Below are positions 11,667 to 22,572 of a DNA stretch of 64,000 nt, in pieces. The DNA lies in NCBI GenBank assembly GCA_001179505.1, contig CDMY01000404.1:1-64000 (forward strand), read 5' to 3'. Positions within the stretch are counted from its first letter, which is position 1. Each line of letters opens with the position of its first letter. The notes beneath the pieces are model-generated. The model saw only the letters and a program-made list of their open reading frames with translations, was not told where the DNA came from and made no database searches. Both the position numbers and the translations under genes were made by a program. The DNA comes from Vitrella brassicaformis CCMP3155 (Eukaryota > Protista > Chromerida).

Positions 11667-13150
11667 GCCCCACACGGTCAGATACATCCATGCCATGCGA
11701 GCAGGGAGGCACGGTGGGAGGGGAGGGGGTGCGTCAGTCAGTTGTAGATGGAGGCGTCTTGTTTTGGTCACACACATACACGACCGACACACACACATGG
11801 ATGTCTGCATACCTTTCGCACACAGCGGGGGTCATTCGGTGAGTGAGTCGATTCGAGAGGGGCGAGGTGGGTAGCTAGGTGTCTGTCGTGGCATCCGTGT
11901 GTGTGGTACGGTCGGTGTCAATGGGAGAGGGCGGGCGGGGCTGACGGGATATATCTGTGTATCTGTCTTGCTGGCTGTCGCATTGCAATCATTGCTCCAT
12001 CCATTCGACGCCTTGTGAGTGACGGTTGCCGATTTTTTTCCGTTGTGACTTGTGTGTGGACACTGTGTGTGGGGGGGAGGGAGGAAGGAGGGAGGGGCAT
12101 TGGAGAGGAAGATACGGGAAGGTACATTGCGTGTCGTCTTTGTGTGTGTGTGTGTACACATTGACTGGACAGGTAGATTTGGCTGACTGACTGGCTGGCT
12201 GATTGACTGGCTGACCGGCTGGCTGACTGACTGACTCATGCAAATGCTGTGCGATGGCTCAGCACGGCATGCAATCGTGCGTACGTGCGTGCGCTTTCCC
12301 CTTTATGACATTCAATCCATCTAACACATCCATCCATCCATCTGCACCGACACACACATGGCCTCCCATGTATAGATTGCCCGGCGACCTGATACCTGAC
12401 ACACACACCAACTGGCTGCAGAGAGATACAGAGAGAGATCATTCGTTTCATGTGCAGACAGACCGACACACCAACTGCAGAGAGAGAGAGAGATGTATAG
12501 CTATAAAGCTATAAAGGACTAACCTGACAGACAGCCGACAGACATCCGAGTGAGGCGATGGCTTGCTGGCTTCACGGTCGCATCGTACGTAAAAACGGTC
12601 TGTCTGCTGTAATCCTTCCCCCTCCTTGTGCCTCTTTGTCAGTCATCAGCGTTGCGTTGCACTCTGCACGCACTAATTCATCCATCAAGTCAGTCAGTCA
12701 GGGAGGGAGGAGGGGCAATGCAATACGACGATATCGATGACTGGTGGCTGATCGATCGTGTGAGCTCTCCGCTGTGTGGTCGACTTCATCGGCGTCCTCT
12801 TTCCTTTCGCCGTGGATCATGTTCGAGTGGTCCACGGAGCGGGGCGAGACGAGGCTGATTGCGAGTCGATTGCCTAGCAATGAGCCGGTTGCGGTGAATC
12901 TGGTGGTGGACGATGGATGCCATGCGTCATTCCATTCATGCTGTCCGTGTGCATGATGAAAATATGATCAGTGTGAAGCATCCACACAGACTCAATTGAC
13001 ACAATCTCGATCACACACGCACACACATACACAGATATACGTACGTACACGTTCACACACGCTCAATCAGACAGACAAACAAACGCTTTTCGCTGTCTGA
13101 TTGCTTGTCTGCCGAAGAGACAGGCAGGCAGCTGCTGCCGGTCTGAGGTG

Positions 13151-16100
13151 ATGTCTGTCTCGCTCCTGACGAAGCTGGCTTTGCTCGCCACTGTGGTACA
13201 CGGAGCCACCCTTCTGCGACGGGCGGGGCCGCATGGGCGCGGAGACATCGAGAATTGGACGCTGGTCAGACTGAGAGACACACAGACACACAGGCAGACA
13301 GACAGACAGACAGGCAGACGGACAGGAGCAGTCAGTCATTCACTCTGTGTGTGTGTGTGCGTGTGTTTGCCAGGTGACTCTGTTCTCGTTGGTGATTGTG
13401 CTGTCGCTGCTGTTCGAGTACGCGCACCACCAGGCGACTCACTGGCTGGCATCGCACAAGAGCCGCCACCTGCTAGAGGTATTCAACTCGCTCTTCAAGG
13501 AACTGACCATCCTCGGCTTCATCGCACTCACACTCTTCATCGCCGGTAGGCCACCGGCACACACACAGAGGGTGCCCAGCGACACGGTCATTCATCGCGT
13601 GTGTCGGTGTCTGTCAGTTCGGACCGGCGTGGTTCGTGCGTTCAACGACCGGTACCTGGGAATGAGCGAGACGGAGAAGGTCGCCCTCCAAGTGCACCCA
13701 GGTCAGTGTGGTGGGTCAGTCCACCCACCGCATAGCTATACACACCTGCTGTGTGTTGTCTGTCCTCGTCAGGCGCCCCGCCGCCCACGCCCTTGACGGA
13801 GCTGTTTGAGGATGTGCACATTCTGATTTTCATCGTGATGGCGCTCTTCATTCTCAACACGGCCATCCTGTTGGTCGTCGGCCACCTGACGTGCCGCCAC
13901 TGGGACTTCCTCTCTGGCCTCACCCGCAACGACCTCTCCCAGCAGATCCAGGCACTGCCGAGCGGCTCCGAGAATCTCCTCTCACTCATCCGCAAAACAC
14001 TCACCTTCGGCACACCGGAGGCCGAGATCGACAACGCCCTCAGCTTCTTCGGCCTCCGCGAACGCTTCCACGGCAGACACACCAACATCTTCGTCAAGAC
14101 GCCGGACGAGAAGGAAATCACATTCTCACAATACCTCCGAGGCAAAGGACACACACATTGACGGGGGGGGGCTGGCTGGATGGATGGATGTGTGTGTGTG
14201 CAGCTCGTGTGGGCCACACCGTGGTCGAGTTCATCGAGCTGCCGACATCGATGCTCATCACAGTCATCGCTATCGCCATCACCGCCCGACCCCTCCTCGT
14301 CAGCAACACAAGTCGACACACACAGCATGACTTGACGTCACATGGACGGATGGACGGATGTGTGTGTGCAGGAGTTGTCTGGTGTTCCGTCGGTGACACT
14401 GATGGTGGTGTTGGCCTTTGCGCTGCTGGCGGCCGCCTCGGCCCTCCACCTCTCATTCTACCGCACCTTCGACGTAACAATGAGCACACACGACACTCAA
14501 CACAGGACAACACATGACCCCTCTCTCCGCTGTCTCCTCCATCTGTCTGTCTGTCTGTCTGGGTTAGTATTACCACCGCCCCGACAAGACGCGTCTCAAG
14601 AACTGGATCACTTCGGACGTCGCCGAGCCCGACCAGACCGGTAAGGACACACACACACATAGAGAGAGAGAGAGGGATGATGCTCACACAGCCATATTAT
14701 CTCTCTCTCTGTGTGGTGTGTTGGATGCAGTGTTTGTGTCTCGGCTCGACGAGGAGCGTCCGGTCATTTCCCACTGGCTGTGCGGCAAGGTCAACCGGAC
14801 GGCGGCCGTCTTGCCTGTGGCCTCCGTCAAGGCCACGACCTTCTTGGTGCAGCTGACGCTCTTCCTGCTGGCAGCCTACACGGCTCTGCTGCTCAAGGCC
14901 GTCATCAGCACGTCCCACGGCAGCCGTGGCCTGTGGTGGTCCAACGGGCTGTGGGCCTACCCGCTGACATTCCTGCCGGTGGGCCTGACTGCGGCGGTGC
15001 TGGCGAGTGCAGTGGGGCTCTTTACGATGATCACCTCGCTGGACTTCCTCACCGACACAGACACCATCGACACGCTCATGGCCGACATCGACGCGCAGCG
15101 GCTCGCCCGGCAGACACAGATACTCGCCTTCATCCGAAACAAAGCCAACACGGCCGCCAAAGAGGACCGAAACAAACGAGCCCGGTCAGTCAGTCAGTGT
15201 GCAGTGCACCAGAGCGAGGGAGAGGGAGAGGGGATATGTGTGCTTGTGTGTGTTGATAATGTGATGTGTGTGCAGTGCTGTGAGCTACTACGAGCGTCTG
15301 CCGCGTGACGTGCAGGACGCCGTGGTGAGTGCCTTCGCCGCACTCAGCGACACTCGAGACGGTCAGCCAGCCGACACACATAGATGAGTGGATGGCCCCT
15401 TTGTGTGTGTGTGTGTGTGCAGAGAGTGGTGGCGTCGACCTGGAGGGCTTCTACGAGACGGTGCGGTCGTTCGGCCTCGCAAAGACATCGCCAGACGCCA
15501 AGTCAGTGATCAACCAACACACAAGCAGGTCTAACTCTGTGTGTGTGTGTGCAGGTACTATGCTCGTGTGCTGTTCGAGACGGTCGACGACGACCGATCG
15601 GGCAAACTGGAACTGAGAGTGAGCCAAACCACACACACACATCGACCTCATCCGTTGTCCGGTCACTAACCAGGAGTTTCAGACGGTCTTCGTCATGGCC
15701 TTCTTCGACTATGAAGGCACAACACTGACAAAGACACACACACTGACGCCACACACACACGTGTGGATGTCTCTCTCTCTCTCTGTCTGTCTGTGTGTGT
15801 CAAATGTAAAGATCCGTCGACCAGAGCCGAGCGCGAGAAAGGTGCGCTGCGCGTCTTCTTCGACTCCATCGACGCCGACCGTTCGGGCGAAATCTCAATC
15901 GACGAACTCGCCAAGGTATGTGGCACACACACACACACATGGATGGATGGATGTGTGTGTTGGCTTGGTGAAGGGGCTGAGTGAGTTGCGTCCGCCGGTG
16001 ACGGCGAGTGAGCTGACAGACCTCATGGCCGCGGTCACATCAGTGGAACAAGGCATGCAGTGCATCGCAACCAACCATCCACACAACACACAGGCAATGT

Positions 16101-16324
16101 GTGTGTGTGTGGGTTCAGTCAAGGTTGACGTGCTGACGGAGTTCGTGCAGCGTGTGGCCAAGAAGGACGAAATGCTACACGGAGGTCAGCCAAACAAACA
16201 AAGAGCAAAATGGACGACATTCCTACTCATTGTCGTTGATCCATCGTGTGGGCTGTGTGCTCTGTGTGTGTGGTGGCAGCAGGCCACTGAATTGATCGAG
16301 CGGCTGTTGGATGAGGTGGAGTGA
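13151..16324 (+). CDS. MLO: MLO-family-like multi-pass membrane protein with N-terminal signal peptide and C-terminal EF-hands
   Basis: IENWTLVTLFSLVIVLSLLFEYAHH..HWL..HKSRHLLEVFNSLFKELTILGFIALTLF matches MLO TM1-TM2 (ELMLLGFISLLL). FEDVHILIFIVMALF matches LHQLHIFIFVLAVF; SFFGLRERF..H and FSQYLRARVGHTVVEFIEL match later MLO blocks. EF loops DDDRSGKLELRE and DADRSGEISIDE. The 3' end is uncertain. Confidence 0.8.
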
Positions 16325-17002
16325 GTGGACTCGATGACACAGACAGACAGACAGACTCGAGACGGTTGACCAACAGACGAGACGCACTGACTGACTGACT
16401 GACAAACATACTGATAACCGACAGCATATTGAATGAGATGGTTCGCTGCATATTAAATGTCCGCATGTATACACACACACACATGTTGAAGGCCCACATG
16501 AATACGGAGAGGGAGCCGCACCCATGTACACACGCGTGCACACATCGATCCGGGCCCATTACATGTATCCGCGCAGCCCGGTGTGGTGAATGCATGACGA
16601 CACATACACACAGTGTGTATGTGTACCATCGAACCCGTGGACAACGAGCGGTCTCTCTGTCTGTGGGCAGCACATGTGTCTACAATGCACGTCAACCCAC
16701 GGCAATCGTCAGCCATCACACACGCAGAGGAAAGACTGGTCACTCGCGAAAAACGAAGCTGTCATTCAAGCCGTCACCAGTTTGCAGCCCGATATGCTCT
16801 CAACCGGAGACACCGACCGGTAGGGCACACACACATACCCATCACAGCACGTGTGCTCTGCAGCTGCATGTTGTGCGCCGCCATGACCACCACCACTCAA
16901 CCTGACACACAGCTGGAACCGCACAGAGAGACACCATTGCGTATGTGGTGTGGGATCTGCTTCTCGTGTCAGCCGTGTTTGATACAAACATACCTCAGCT
17001 GT

Positions 17003-18240
17003 TTATCGGTCGAAGGTCCTCTGTGAGATGATGGGCCCCAGCACCGCCCGCGCCAGCCGGGTGGTCACTGGGAAGCGGTCCCTGAAGGCACCACCCCTAC
17101 CAGACACAGCGGACTCGGTCGTCTCGACCCACAGTAGCACTGCGAAGGAATGACAGGATAGAGCACAGCAGATGAGAGTGAGCGCTTTGTGTCTGTGCGC
17201 ATGGGCTGTGCCGTGCTGGGCTGACCGGTGTTGTCGGGGTACTGGGCATCCCTGATGGCGATCCATGCGACGAACGGGTGGCCGGCATTGGTCAGGACGA
17301 GATGACGAAAGGGTTCGCCGCCAATGCTGAATGATGTCGTTGTGGTGCATCCCTCCACTGGTGTGTGGGGGGACTGTGTAAGCAGGGTGTCCAGCCGGTC
17401 GTTGTCAACATGCCTGACACACACACACAACGTGCACTCGAGTGTCATGACAATGCCCACACGGAGTGATGCCCCGCCTCACCTGTTGATTGTACGGCTG
17501 GTGAAGTTGTACTGGTGAGTGGCTGCGAAGTGCCGAAGGATGGTGCTCTTGACCAACGACGACACGGACGAGTNNNNNNNNNNNNNNNNNNNNNNNNNNN
17601 NNNNNNNNNNNNNNNNNNNNNNNNNNNNNNNNNNNNNNNNNNNNNNNNNNNNNNNNNNNNNNNNNNNNNNNNNNNNNNNNNNNNNNNNNNNNNNNNNNNN
17701 NNNNNNNNNNNNNNNNNNNNNNNNNNNNNNNNNNNNNNNNNNNNNNNNNNNNNNNNNNNNNNNNNNNNNNNNNNNNNNNNNNNNNNNNNNNNNNNNNNNN
17801 NNNNNNNNNNNNNNNNNNNNNNNNNNNNNNNNNNNNNNNNNNNNNNNNNNNNNNNNNNNNNNNNNNNNNNNNNTGCACCGGCCGCACTGCGCCGCCAGCC
17901 GCAGTATGTCGACGACCTCGTCCCACGTCTGCTCCTCCACCAGCCACATGGCCGCCAGCAGCACACGTGGCTCAGACACCGTCTGGGCGTCGAAGGCCAG
18001 CACCGTGTCGAGCCGTGTGCCGTCGGCGAGCAGTTTGTGGTGCAGCGAGTGGTTGAGTCGTGTGCGGAGTGCGGCGGGAGGGAAGTCGACGAGGCTGTGG
18101 TGGCGGGCCGCCACTCTGAGGCTGCCGACGTCCTTGACCTTGAGCAGCCGAACTCGCGAGTCGCGGAAGATGCGGCGGACCGCCTCGCCGTTGACGGCGG
18201 CCGAGTCCAGGTCGCTGCTTCTGCTGCTGATGACTGACAT
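17003..18240 (-). CDS. Family B protein, copy 2 (middle hidden by N gap)
   Basis: Same exon structure and C-terminus as 3187-4552 (NDRLDTLLTQSPHTPVEGCTTT...LTNAGHPFVAWI...FRDRFPVTTRLARAVLGPIISQRTFDR*). ATG 18238-18240, stop 17003-17005. Confidence 0.8.
17574..17873. other. Assembly gap (300 N)
   Basis: Run of N. The identical length of all three gaps suggests a placeholder size. Confidence 0.99.
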
Positions 18241-18742
18241 GATAGTGACTCAGACCTGCAGACAGACAGACAAGGAAGGACGCCAAACACACACAGCCGC
18301 TGTGAATGATGTGTGTGAATGAATCGCTTGTCTTGTCGAAGGCAGCCGACCTACCGATCTGACGCAAGGAAGCAAATCAGCCTTTCGTCGGCGAGGAAGG
18401 AGCGGAGCCTGCGATCTGCTGGGTTCATACCCTGAAACCCCAGGAAACCCTATTCCTGGGGTTTCCATTTCTGCTGCTTTGCTGTTTGGGGTCACCTGTG
18501 GCTGGCTTTCCATCGCCAGCCTCCGGAGTGATTCGCCGTGGTACCACCCAGGTGAGCGTGGCAAGGGCGGGCTAACTCGAGGGCTTACAGGGAGGGCGAA
18601 GGGCGACTCACGTCGAGCACAGAAATGAGAATTCAGACCGAGAAACGGCCCTTTCACAATGCTTTCCGCCGCCTGATCTGGTTGGTTTTGTGTCTGCGGT
18701 GCAGGCTTGTTCGCCGTTCATGCGGACCAATGATAGCGGCAT
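18241..18742. promoter_or_regulatory. Putative bidirectional promoter with 5'-UTR introns between family B copy 2 (-) and family C copy 1 (+)
   Basis: Divergent ATGs about 500 nt apart. Candidate 5'-UTR intron ~18552-18705 on + and an acceptor tgtctgcag|gtctgagtcactatcATG on -. Homologous to 54938-55490. Confidence 0.55.
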
Positions 18743-21633
18743 ATGATCGGCGCCATGGATACAGCTCAGGTGGGTGGCGGACTGACGGGCAAGAGAAGCC
18801 AGCAGCTTCCATCCAACGGCTGTGGTGTCATGTTGTGTGTTGTGTGTTGTGTGTTGTGTTCAGTTGAAGAATCAGGCGGCGCGTGTGGAGCAGGCCCTGC
18901 AGGAATTAGTGCAGCTCCACTCGCAGGTATGCTGTGATGAACGCACCTGACAGGCCCAGCGCCACACCCTCTCGCTGTGTTTGTTGTTCCTCTCTGCATC
19001 AGGTTGGTGCTCATCTGTCGAAGATCAAGCAGCTGGACCCTGCCGAGGTACACACAGAGTCCGCACTGGGCAGCAGGTCACGGCACATTGTTTGGTGCCC
19101 TCCGGTGGTCTTGCAGGCATCGTCCCATGAGTCGCTGCTGGTGCCCACTCAGCTGTCCCTTCTGGAGTCTTATGTCAAAGCCGCCGTCACTCAGCTGTCG
19201 TCTGTCGAGTCGGGCCTTTCGGGAGCCGTCGATGCTCTGACGGCTGCCCCCACGCCGCCATCAGCCAATAGCTCGGCAGCTGCAGAGACCGACCAACAGC
19301 CACAGGTACACATCATCCATCCAAAAGAGTCAGAATAGAGCACTGTGTCCATTCCGTCGGATCTATTGGTCACAGGCGCGGCGGCCATCGTATCGTCTGG
19401 TCAAGGAGAGCGGCTGTCCACCCGAATTAGAAGAACCGGTGAGAATGACACCACGATAGACCTGATACATCAAACCCACCTTAACGTATTAATGCCTTCT
19501 CTCTTTGCCCTCAGGCCCGTCGCCCTCTGTCGTGTGATGAGCTCCTCAACGTGTCCGGCCACCTGCAGCCCTGGGAGCTGACGCGCTACCGCCGGCCCCT
19601 CGGCACGCGCCTCTTCACCCAGTCGGCCGCCAACTACGCCAACCTGGTCATCGACTGTGAGGACGACAAGGCCAGGCGTATGTGGGCGGCCATGCCGCTG
19701 GCCGTGGCGCAGAGGTGGGGGCAGAGGGCGACCAACATCAGAGAGATCAAGCACCGGCGCCCCGTGGGTCGAGAGAATTGGTGTCGCGGGACCTGGGTGG
19801 CGCTGGTAGAAGGCCACGCCAGCGGCCGAGCGGCCATCGCAGCCAAACAGAAGCGCAAGAGTGAGGGAGGGGAGGGGACAGCTGTTGCTGCTGCGGCACG
19901 GCAGGCTGACGGCAGCGGGCAGTCGGCTGATGACGGCACATTGGAGGTACTGTCATTCGAGGCCGTCAAACTCGATGACAGCATTCACATCCCCCACCCT
20001 CCTCCCTCATCTGACCTGCCCCCTGCCCCCACCTCCCGCATCCACCTGCCGGCACTCAAGACCGTCAACAACATCCCCAGCGATTGCATGTCTGCTCGCG
20101 TGGGCCGCCAGTGGCGCACCCCTGGCGTCACGACGCTCATCGTCGGGACCGGTTTGGATCTGTCATGGTATGACGAGGAGGAGATGGAGGGCCTGAAGGC
20201 GTGGGTTAGCGGCTGTGAGGCCATTGAGATGCTGGACCTCAAGCACATCTACTTCGGGACCGCGGCCGGTCTGCTGAGTGCGCTGCCCGCCAACGGCAAG
20301 TCGCTGGCGGCGCTGCACACACTGCGAGGTGTGTCTATGGATGAGGACGTGTGGGTGAATACTGACAGTAGCGGGATCGACAGGCTGCGTGAGGTGATGG
20401 TGGCGAGGGGCGCCAAGCGGTCCGTTCGCGAGGTCAAGATCACCGTGAGGGCCATGCATGATGACGACGATACTGTGGTGTGGTCGGGGAGCGCTGCCCG
20501 GCTCATGTAAGGATGCAGAAAGAGAGAGGGGTAATGACGGGCGGTGCAACACATTATTGTGCTTTGTCTTCTATCAGTGAGGCCGTTGCGGCTCCCGAGG
20601 TAGCCTGGGAGGAGGTCTTCGCACTGAACGACGACGGCACATCTGGACGCATTGACGCGGAGCTCCTCTCGCTCAGCCGCAGGACCGGTACTCCCGCTGC
20701 CCAGAAGCTCATCGGCGGCTTCGCGAAGACTGCCGGCACCGTGACTTACAGCGGGCGTCACGAAACCATCCCCGCCGCCATCAGGGACGACGCATTCGCT
20801 GCCGCCCACATCCTACGGCTGGCCGGTGGTGCACTCGCCAACAAGAAGCGCGCAGTCCAGGTCGCCTCCGGCATGCCCAGCCTGTCGCACATCGACGCAT
20901 CAGCGATCGCACCTGTTCGTGAGGTGTGGCAGTTCCTGGAGGGGTTGCAGACGGCGCGGGAGAGCAGGGGGTGGGCGGAGAGGAGCCTGTCGTCAGTGGG
21001 TCTCAGCCTATCGGCCCACACGCTCACCTTCACAGACCCCCACGACCGCGACCACCCCTGTCTGTGGCACCGTGACACCACGAAGCTGCCGCCGATCGAG
21101 GAAGTGCATGTTGACGTGAGGAGTAAGCAGGAACGATTAATAGGGGGTCGGCCATTCGGCGTGGCGTCTGTGTGTGTATGGTGCTTTGTTTCTTTGTTTG
21201 TTTGTTCGTTTGTTTCAGGCACGGTAGCGGATGACCAGTTCGAGGCATTCTACAGCAGCATGGTAGCCGCGGTGATCTCGTTCACCAGCAAGCTCAAGGT
21301 GCCCGACACAGACAGACAGATGGCTGCTGGGCAATCTGCTTTACGTCTCTCTGGTCGCGTCGCCAGGGCCACAAGAGGACTCAGATCAAGATGACTTTTG
21401 GGTCGCGTCGTCGCGTCGAGCAGCCTTTCCTGGCGCAGCTGGCCGGCGCCGGTCTCAAGGTCAGCATGCTCGTCGACACCCTGTCTGTCGAGCGCCGCAC
21501 ACCAGGTGAGAGACAGGCCTGCAGACCATCCCCAGCTGCATCCACTCAGACAGACAGCCAGCCTCTCCCACCGATCCCTACGCGCGCATCTCTCCCTGTC
21601 TCTCTGTTGCCTGTCTGTGCGTCAGATACGTGA
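18743..21633 (+). CDS. Family C (coiled-coil + F-box-like + 'EGH-GR' domain + LRR-like region) copy 1, about 9 exons, apparently intact
   Basis: MIGAMDTAQ|LKNQAARVEQALQELVQLHSQ|VGAHLSKIK...|ARRPLSCDELLNVSGHLQPWELTRYRRPLG...WCRGTWVALVEGHASGRAA...IDRLREVMVARGAKRSV...; exons join in frame with GT-AG introns; ends ...RRTP|DT*. Near-identical structure in the inverted copy 52035-54937. Confidence 0.8.
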
Positions 21634-21919
21634 GTCTGGTTGGCGTGCGGCCGATGTAGCTCGGTTGTCGGTAGACGATGGGTGGATGGAATACATGGGT
21701 AGAGCTCACTCAGACATGTGCGTGTGTGAGCGTGGGTGACGATTTTGGTTCCTTCCTGTCTGCTGCCCCCTCAGCCCCCCCTCCCTCCCTCCCTCCCTCT
21801 CTCTGTCCCTGACAGTCACACAGCCGGGTCACCGACGAAGGGCTGGGCAGACAGGCGAGAGAGGCAGCGGCAGGGATGAGCGAGCAGACGGCAAGACTCA
21901 GTCATGTGTGCAGCTGTTA

Positions 21920-22480
21920 GTGGAATGGATGACAGGCGGATGGACAGGATCGGTGGTGTGCGTGTTGGCGATGGACGGACACACGTGTGTCATTCCTGGA
22001 TGTGCGCGTGGATGTTTGCATGTTCGTTGAATGAATGCCTGTGGATTGACACCAACCACACACCCACACCCGCATTCACACGCGTGTGTCATTCGCTTCG
22101 TGCATCGTTGTGGGCTTCCCGCGACACCGTGCCGTGATGTCACACCGACATTGCTGACATGCAGCGGCGATGTTGCATCACGACGCAGTACGTGAGAAGC
22201 CCGCCCTTGAACACGCAGCAAGCACACACCTGTCTGTCTCTGGCTCTTCCATTCTCTCTCTCTTGGATGTTGGCCGGTCCTGGCTCGTTTGACACACGGC
22301 ACGCTGCCCAATGCAAAAACACCTGGGTCCAGGCATTCCTGCGAAGGGCACCGAACTCAAGATCAAACGAGCCAGAATCGACCTCCCACACCAACCGAAC
22401 GACGATACCAACAGAGGGGTAGATAGCACGACTGTTCAGACCCCACCACAGCAGCCATCCATCCATCCATCCGACATACA
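21920..22480. repeat. Orphan ~550-nt dispersed repeat, copy 1 (inverted partner ~47740-48310)
   Basis: Shared unique sequence, e.g. gccggtcctggctc.tttgacacacggcacgctgccca.tgcaaaaacacctgggtccaggcattcctgc and gataccaacagaggggtagatagcacgactgttcagacc. Confidence 0.85.
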
Positions 22481-22572
22481 CACACGGCCACTTAACGGCC
22501 CTCTCGCTCGCAAGACAACAACAGACGCACCTCACCCCGACCTGCCTTACAACAAAACAGCCCCCCTCCCAG

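Larger units (their letters stand above)
18240..21720. repeat. Segmental duplication, arm 1 (inverted partner ~51900-55490)
   Basis: Promoter, introns, exons and 3' flank are alignable by eye in reverse complement; several introns are near-identical (e.g. 19306-19514 vs 54162-54370). Confidence 0.92.
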
